DNA of 45,480 bases, filler included, from Sphacelaria rigidula (lineage: Eukaryota), in the NCBI GenBank assembly GCA_964200075.2. It is 2 parts of 2 records of this genome, joined end to end, with 100 filler letters (N's around TTAATTAATTAA, not from the genome) between each part and the next. Parts side by side here need not be neighbours in the genome. Positions count along the whole stretch, not along the records: positions 22,793 to 45,480 come from CAXNAA020000318.1; 1 more part is not named here. The stretch is one strand, 5' to 3'. The notes under the pieces are model-generated. The model had not been told where the DNA came from. It searched no databases and saw only the letters and a list, made by a program, of their open reading frames with translations. Below are positions 37,341-45,480 of this stretch, one piece after another; the first letter of the stretch is position 1, and each line of letters begins with the position of its first letter. Made by a program: the position numbers and the translations under genes.

Positions 37341-37754
37341 CAAGGATGTCGGTTGACAGGGTTTGAACCCCTCGACAGACTGTTAAGCATCAATTGCCTG
37401 TCTTGACAGCCTCGACAGGGTAACGCCTGACCATATAGCCGAAACCCGAAACGCCAATTTTTTCGGCCATGTTTCCCGAGCAAACGCGGTACATTTTATG
37501 TTAGCTCAGCCCTGATTATCCTGGCATTATGCTCGTATGCTAATTTGGGCAACAAATACGAATTATGTTAGAAATCATGCCGGCACAAAGGACTCAGGCC
37601 TAGTTGTGTGAAAGGAAAAAGAAGGTTTTCTACATAAATGGGTAGGCGTTATTTACCCCGGGGACAGGGGATGTTTTGTCTTGACGACAAATGCCTTGAC
37701 AGACAGGCTTGACAGCTTGACAGCTTGACAGCTTGACGTCAACCGACACCCTTG
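37341..37754. mobile_element. 414-bp hAT-like MITE
   Basis: 17-bp TIRs CAAGGATGTCGGTTGAC / GTCAACCGACACCCTTG (one mismatch); perfect 8-bp TSD CTTTCTGG (37333-37340, 37755-37762); internal ttgacag repeats. Confidence 0.88.
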
Positions 37755-38354
37755 CTTTCTGGAGTAGCTTGCCACTTATATAGCAACGAATCTCGATTTT
37801 TATAGACTTGAGATTGGCGAACTCAAAATTGGGGGACCGTATTATGGTACCTTGTGGTGAATAATCCTTGTGGTGTATAATCCTTGTGGTCCAGTGCCGT
37901 ACGAGCTGGGCCAGCCTAGGGGCGGACTTGAAATTTGCAGGCAAATGCGCCGGCCAATAGTTAGAGTTCGAGCTTGAAATTTGGTGTGGATAATGCATGG
38001 AGCATAAGAAAAACTACTCAAGAATAACCAAAAGGTTTTTGTTTTCCGTGAGTTAAGGGCATTTTACTGATACCTGAAAACTGATTATTGCCCTTGAGGC
38101 CGTTTCTTCCGGTTCGTATTTTATTTGGCTCGTATTTTCCACTTTTAGGATATTTGTCAAGGTTTTTGACCCCCAAACAGGGGAAATCGCCACCACACGT
38201 CTTGGACACTTTGTATCACCCCACCGAGAGGAGCCTAGCCCACTTTTCCGATTCGCCTGGGTCAGAGATTTCGAGAGCGGCCTCTGGACAAAAATACGAG
38301 GAAAACATATATTGCACAGTCTGTAGGTATTTTCACCATACCTACACTTCTCAC

Positions 38355-38578
38355 CTCCAAATCCCCGTGTAGCACCTTCATATTGGGAACCTCCTGGACC
38401 TGCTTATCGGCCCCATGCATCGGAACCTCGACCGAATGTTCATGAAACTTTGCTATACCCTTGAGTGGATCTTCCTCGCCAGTCTCGAAGGTTTCCATGG
38501 CGGCAACCCCGCCGTTGTTCGAGTCCTCCAAGTGGGACCTCGTGCGGCTGTCATGTTCGAAAGAAGATTTATCGTCGC
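38355..38578 (-). CDS. Upstream exon of the thioredoxin-domain gene, copy 1
   Basis: acag|...GAG|gtgaga; DDKSSFEHDSR...VLHGDLE; frame conserved in the paralog at 43937-44163; phase-0 end matches the exon at 24034. Confidence 0.6.
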
Positions 38579-39184
38579 CTGTCATCTTGCCCCATTCCTG
38601 ACGTTCGTGGTAATTTCATGGCAGTCATGCAAGCAGAGGAGAAGAGAAAATCGAGCGCGTCGACGAGCCGTAATACTGCCAACAAGGAAAAACTAGCAAG
38701 AGGAACGAATCGTACTCGGATTTTCGCCATGATCTCGACAAAGTAGGTTATGCTCCTAGCATTTAGCTTTGCTCGTGCGGCTGTCGTGTTACTCCTCTCT
38801 CTGCCGTTGCTATCAGCCGAACTCACCTAGGACACGACATATTCATGTCGTGTCCATATGATCGACAGTAGCCACACTGAAGCTTGAACGTTGCCAGTGG
38901 CTGCACTACACTCAAAATCACATCAAAAACGTCATGGGCGCTGTCATGAAACGGAGTGGTGATATACGCCCCACTGCGGTAGTCACGTTTTTAATAATGG
39001 AACTCACAACTGTAACTCAAGAAGATTTCTTCGTCATATCAATTCAACGCACTCCAAAGCCATTCAACAGTTTCAGAACGTCTCAGCTGCGTACTTATTG
39101 TCGGATCAACGATGCGTCGGGAACATTGACTTGAGAAGCTCCTTCTGGGTAACTGGCAAAATAGCACGGTCCTGCATGCGCAAC

Positions 39185-39418
39185 TTCCATCTGGGATACA
39201 TAGGTATATATCCCAGACCAATCTAGGATGCCACACTCCACATGGATATCAATCTGCGATATCAAGCCCACCTAGGACATAGACATCCCAAATGAATAGA
39301 GCAGATGGACATCCCAGATGGATATTCATATCCCATATGGACATCCTAGATGGACAGTGATACCCCCAATGGATATCCCAGATAGACATCATATCCCAGA
39401 TAGACATGATATACCAGG
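39185..39418. repeat. Degenerate short tandem repeat (atatcccagatggac-like)
   Basis: Recurring catcccagatggatat / tatcccagatagacat units. Confidence 0.75.
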
Positions 39419-40899
39419 TGAGGGTTGCACGATAACGTCCAAGAAACAGCTAAGTACTCTGGGGTTTGAAACGATAGATGTTCTACCTTGAAGGGACGCC
39501 AACAGTCATAGCTCATCCGCTAGGGGAAGAGCTGTGAGGTTAAATACATGCACTAAACGAGGAGTGAAAAAAGGCCAACCGTCCCAAGCGTTCACCTACA
39601 CTCCCATCCACCACGATCGCGCACGACGCTCGCAGTCACAACTTACGGAATGCATTGAAACTCCCCCTACAATGACATGATCACCTGCTTGGCAGACAAC
39701 AATATTAGCACATCTGCAGCTTCTGACCGCCGACACCACCGTATGGCAGCTTCCGTCAAACATTTCCAACTACTGCGGTTGTACGGACGTCACCACCATA
39801 TTACAGGAAGCTCTTGAGCCATTTCACTGTGCTACCATAGGGTCACATGACCATCTCCATGCGCTGTCACCCGCTAGAGCACTTCTTGTTCGTTCATCTC
39901 TTCGTCAGACTTTCAACCCCTGTCTTTTCTTAGGGCGTGTCTCACAGTCGGGCTCAAGAGATCGACCCACCGTGCCTCGGTATATGCCTGACAGTCGGGG
40001 ATAATGGATTGACTCAGCACTCCCCACAGGGTCGACTTTCGTTTGATCTTCATATTCTACGCACGTCATCTTGGTGCAACGAAGGAAATCAGATACTCTC
40101 GGAGGAGGGAGTTTTTTACTCATATCCTAACTCTCAACTCGCCGTCACCATGTTCAACATGTACAGTACAATGTAGACCACCGGGGTAAGTATATACAGT
40201 ACAAACGACGTTTCAAGAACACAGGCAAACTGCAAGTGCCCCGGCGCCATCAACACATCGGCTCTATATTTTGCTCCGAAAGTACCATCACTCAAGATTA
40301 TCGTTTTCGCACCACTGAAAATGCAGCAAGATAGACACTGTCTATGCACCAGGTCAAGCAGCTTCTCGAAACAGTAGCCAACCACATCCGACTCCTCCGG
40401 GAAGAGGTGGAGCACGAACTTCGAACGCACGAGTCGCGTAAAGGCAGTCATCCCAGTGGTTGACTTCGGCTGAAGAGACGCAAACAGTTGAGATACGGCC
40501 TGAGACAGGGCGCGGCTGTGTGGATACAGACGAGGTATAGCCTGTCCCTAACTTCTAGACAACGTTGCACATCACATGAGCCACATTCTGTCGTTGCATC
40601 TTCTTTTGTCATACTAACAACCCACCTCTTTCCCGAGGATGAGCCTGAGATGCAATGGATCAACCCATATTTCCCGGCACCCGCCCCAACATTCATGGCC
40701 GAGCCTTCGATCGGCAGGCCCGCAGCCTACCGACTGCCATTGATCCAGCACATGGATGTTTCAGCAAGGCGTAGTTAAAAAGAATAATATCATGCCTGAG
40801 CGACCATCTGGACGTCTATATGCTCCTGACGTTTCTCGTATGTTAAGGTCGACTGCAAGCTGATCCAACCAAGAAACACCCACAGAGGTTCGCCGAGCC

Positions 40900-42930
40900 A
40901 AGCAGAATCAACTGTCACGACTTCGCAGATGCCCCGACAGCAACCTGCAGAAAATAACTGCTTGCAGGTGGTAAACACAGACCCCGATAGCGTCCCTAAC
41001 TCCTCACATGTATCGAGATCTTGGCGTTCGGTCCAGACGCAACGGAGTACATTCTAAACGGTCAGACCTGTACCGCTTGGTCGCAGTAGGGAAAAGTACC
41101 CACGCACGGCCACTATTTCGTCAGTAAATGCATGTGCGTCGTGAGGACGGGGTAGCTCACATGTCCCCACACAATATTTGACATCAACCATCCAGTTCCG
41201 GGTCCACCGGCAGAAGACACCCTGCGCACTGGCTTGGCGGCAATGGGCTAGAAACAGTTCATCTTGTATCCGAATCAGCCTGTTGATGCTACGCCTTGTG
41301 TGTGTTGGAAATCGATGTCACGACATTCCCAGAAAATCAAGACACACAAGTGTCACGGCCAAGGTCATTCCGGGAGAAGTATACAGCGAACGAACCCCAC
41401 AAATTTCGTAGACGAATCTAATCTCCACCCGCGTGAAGGTCGATGCTGTACCCCTAATGGGGTGGTGACGACAACATTCCGGGTTCGACTTCCGCTCCGA
41501 TCCCCACGAAAAAGCGAAACAAAACTGTAACAAGCGGGGCACAAACAACACCTACAAATGGCCCGGAGCAGCAACCACTGTTGTTCATGAACTGACCAAA
41601 CTCATTTCGGCAGAAATCCTTCGCATCGGCACTCCAAAACGCTCATATATATATATATATATATATTTAGTAACACTCGAGCAACACTGCGAAATACTCC
41701 TTGTCCATACCCAGCGACAACACCCAATTCTGAAAAACGAATGTCACATCCAATTATGGACAGAGTAGATCATGAACAAGACAGGCAATGTGGAACCTAT
41801 CTATCGAAGGGATGCAGTGTGACGACCATCTGTACAGGACCTGATACCCATGCCACGAAAGACATAACAACAACGGTGCACTCATGCACGCGAATGGCAA
41901 GGCATTCCATTATCACAGTGGTCGCCCGGAATGCTTCAGCCACAACAACTAGTTGTGTGTGTTGCACCCGTGCCAGGACAACCACTACGGCATCGATACG
42001 CATCCGGAAGGGTCGGTCAATCCTACCCTGCACACTTACGCCAGGGCAACGGATGCAAGAAACTATACCTACTCGTATTTGCAACTCGTACGGTGGTAGA
42101 AATATGCCACGCATCGCTGCGCCATGGACAAGAGAGGGCTCCTATCCACTCCTCAATGTAGTGTACTTTCAAAATGATGTCGGAAGGTATACCCGAGCAG
42201 GAGGTTTACGATTTGGAGCAACATTGTCTGGACTATCTTCGAACCTCGTCAATATAGAACACTTTATATCGAACTCAGGCAAAGCGCACGGCTACATCAA
42301 GGAGCAGCAACGGCAACCAAGGCACCCGAACCATCCGTCCCGCACCAGCGTACTTACCGCACATCTTGTAACGACCAACTCACAGGTGTTCTCGGGTACG
42401 GTAAAACGATTATTCCCTTTTTACACCGACTCTACGAGCATAAGTTACTCGTGATGCAAGCGACACATGATGTTTTTGATCCAAGTATTCCCTCCTGATC
42501 GGCGGGAAACATGGCTCTTCTTTTCCAAGCGTCAAGTGTTCAGCGCAACCTTCAGGCAACTGGTCGCTGGGGGAAACACAACGTGCACTCACTCATACCC
42601 GCGCTTACACCGACTCGCCAGCCTCCTCTCGTCGGATTTTCAGGCAGACCGTCAGCATATGGATTGACAAAGTATCACGCCCTGGATAACACAAAAGGTT
42701 CCCAATATATATTAGTCGATCATACTCGAATATGGCGATGTATTGCCGGCGTAATATATCTTGCTACCGTGAGACTCCGCACGTAAGACCCGCCCAACAT
42801 ATGTTGGTGTCATGGGATTACACACGTATTGCCCGCCCAATATATTTTGGTACCACGGGATTGCACACATATTGCCCTGTCAATGCATATCGGGGCCGTG
42901 TGGGCAACGACATAGAGCTCTATTGAACGG

Positions 42931-42971
<41 letters not shown>

Positions 42972-43410
42972 TGGGGCCATGTAGATGCTACCATATTCCC
43001 TGGTCAGTACATGTATCGGGGTAGCATGCGCGACAATATATCACACACCCAACATACATTTGGAGGGCGCATCGATGCCGAGCATATGTTCCACCGAACG
43101 ACACCATTCACCTGTCGTACTCTGCTGCATCCTGGAGTCATCCCGCCCTGTGAATCTTTCTTTCCCTTTCAATGCAATTATTGAAGTCGACTTTGTGTTC
43201 GCGCGCACATTGCTCTACGAGTCACTTCGAATCATCCCAAGAAATAAATAAAAGTGAGTCCTTGAGCCGTCCCTCCGAAATATCCCTGTTCCCTACAGTA
43301 GTGTCGCTTTAAAAGACGGCAGAAAACACGGGTCGGTATGCGCCTTTCAGTACCCCTCTGGTGCCCGATGCTGTGTTGTTTATACCCTGGACAACACACC
43401 ATGTTCCAAT
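40900..43410. repeat. Second copy of the 24149-26960 segment
   Basis: Colinear near-identity with small indels and (TA)n length variation. Confidence 0.85.
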
Positions 43411-43936
43411 ACGAACCTTCACATGTTGATGACACAATATATATCACATATATTGGCCCGTCTGTCGTGCCATCATGTTGCTTGGTCGATATATATTGAA
43501 GACGTAATGCGTCGACATAGTCGCGGGCAATACAAATTACATTTTGTACGGCCTAGGGTGTGCAAAGGACCAACCCCCCTTCTCATTTCTCACTTGAATT
43601 ATGCTCCGTAATCCAACAGTGCATCGGGACTGCTGCAGCCCGTCCACTTTGGTTTTGATTTCAGCACTTTACGGGGTACTAAAACATGCATGGAGAGTAA
43701 ATGCTGTGACAGTCCTCTGCGTCGCTTTGCGAGCGCTCTTCTTGTTCAAACACTTCGATAACTGAACGCGGACAGAGTCTTGAACCAACAGAATGTATCT
43801 ACTCTCAACACATTCGTGAATGCTGAACTCTCGTCTACACGCATATCACGCACAACAAGTCGTTTTGGAATCCCTCAGGAATCATGTTTTTCAAAACTGT
43901 CATCAGGCACGAAAATAGCAGAGTGCCGATTCTCAC

Positions 43937-44163
43937 CTTCTCCAAGCCCTCGTGGGGTGCCTTCATGGTGGGAACCTCCTCGACCTGCTCATCGGTCCAA
44001 TGCATCGGAACCTCGACCGAATGTCGATGATACCTCGCTACACCCTTGAGTGGATCTTCCTCGCCAGTCTCAAAGGTTTCCATGGCGGCAACCCCGCCGT
44101 TGTTCGAGTCCACCAAGTGGGACCTTGTGCGGCTGTCATGTTCGAAAGAAGCTTTATCGTCGC
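43937..44163 (-). CDS. Paralogous upstream exon (copy of 38355-38578)
   Basis: DDKASFEHDSR...APHEGLEK|gtgaga; lies within the duplication 38350-39170 / 43930-44755. Confidence 0.6.
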
Positions 44164-44994
44164 CTGTCATCTTGCCCCGTTCCTGGCGTTCGTGATCATT
44201 TCGTGGCTGCAATTGCAAGCAGAGGAGAAGAGAAAATCGAGCGCATCGACGAGCCGTAAAACTGCCAACAAGGAAAAACTAGCAAGGGCAACGAATCATA
44301 CTCGGATTCTCGCCATGATCTCGACAAAGTAGGTTATGCTTCTAGCATTGAGCTTTGCTCGTGCGGCTGTCGTGTTACTCCTCTCTCTACCGTTGTTATC
44401 AGCCGAACTTAGCTGGGACGTGACATAGTCATGCCGTATCCTGATAATCGACAGTAGCCACACTGAAGCTCAGACGTTGTCAGGGATTGCACTACACTCA
44501 AAATCACATTCAACACACCATGAGCGCTGTCATGAAACGGGGTGGTGACATACGCCCCACAGCGGTAGTCACGTTTGTGCTCGTGGGACTCACAACTGTA
44601 ACTGGAGAAGGGGTTTTTCGTGATATCACTTGAATGAACCTTGAAGCCATTCAATACTTTCAGAACGTCTCAGCCGCGTACTTATTGTCAGACTCACGAT
44701 GCGTCGGGAGCATCGCCTTGAGTAGCTCCTTTCAGGTAACTAAAAAAATAGTACGGTCCCGAATCCACTCAAACCACCCATTGATGCACTAGTTTGCACC
44801 ACCGGAGCGCGGCGCCACTTCCCTGTTACGTCCGATAGCCAAACCTCGCTCGATGCATGACAAAACAATTGCTTGTCGATCGAACGGCATTCGACAGGCT
44901 TCTCCGGAGACAGATGCGCAGACTATCGCGTCATCGCAGAGGACTGCTATCAAGAACGTTCCAAACAACAACTCGCTTTGGATTCAAGACTTAC

Positions 44995-45374
44995 CGTTCG
45001 GTGAGCCATGTCAGAGAGATACGAAAACAGCGCAGTAACGGTGCGGTCACCCGTGTAGTCCGGAGTCTGAAGCTCATCTCCCAGGAAAACCTTCATAGTT
45101 GGGAACGCCTATGACACGCGGGAAGAAGAATGACATGGGGGGCATTGGACGAGCCTGATGAGGGTACATCAACAACAACAACACCCACCACCACAACAAC
45201 AACAAACACCACCACAAGAGACCCCTTGCCTTTACACGAAAGCGTCCACTGCACAACTGCTTTTCCTCCACGCAGTCGACCGTGCCGATGCTTACACCTC
45301 CAGCGGCTGCGTGTGATTCCATGACATCTGCAGTCGCGTGCAAAGCCGGAAGAAGCCGCTGAGACCACTGGCAC
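44995..45374 (-). CDS. Thioredoxin/PDI domain exons, paralog with CxxS site: 45374-45230, 45108-44995
   Basis: (W)CQWSQRLLP...IGTVDCVEEKQLCSGRFRVK|AFPTMKVF...DYTGDRTVTALFSYL; GC-AG intron, then gtaagt donor. Confidence 0.85.
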
Positions 45375-45480
45375 CTGCCGGTGCGGGGTCATTTGGGGGG
45401 GGGGGGGGGGGGAATGATAAATGGGCCATTAGATCGGCGGAACACACCCATGAACCCCAATCCCCGCCAAAACCGGGAGG

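Noticed and set aside
38712-38826. Additional exon upstream of 38578 (also ~44302-44412)
   Set aside because: Conserved between the duplicates, but I could not find a frame and phase combination that joins it to the next exon.
39600-42700. LINE/retrotransposon coding region
   Set aside because: The sequence looks like decayed coding DNA, but no RT, endonuclease or integrase motif was identifiable.

Overview
Eukaryotic, intron-rich and repeat-rich DNA. It is most likely from a brown alga (Ectocarpus-like); this is inferred from the LRR-ROCO gene architecture. Left of an artificial scaffold join (N-gap with a TTAATTAATTAA linker, 22693-22792) are the last two exons of a gene with an acidic, NLS-like tail (possibly SAE2/UBA2), a foldback element and composite repeats. 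Also left of the join is an 8-exon minus-strand LRR-ROC-COR (ROCO) gene (20180->11792) that carries three frameshifts. Its LRR region holds a compact cassette of 72-nt phase-1 LRR exon modules in both orientations: one sense, one intact antisense and two decayed antisense. The modules share ~100-bp flanks and palindromic ACGCG-type sites. An intronless, antisense, viral/phage-type HNH nuclease ORF lies between this cassette and exon 1. This is the best candidate for a novel system (exon inversion/shuffling with a co-located nuclease), but the mechanism is inferred, not shown. Right of the gap are tandemly duplicated exons of a PDI-C-like thioredoxin gene (CIWC vs CQWS active sites) and an ~11-kb repeat block. 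That block contains arrays of ~100-bp piggyBac-like units joined at AAGGG-TTAA-CCCTT junctions, plus a hAT-like MITE.
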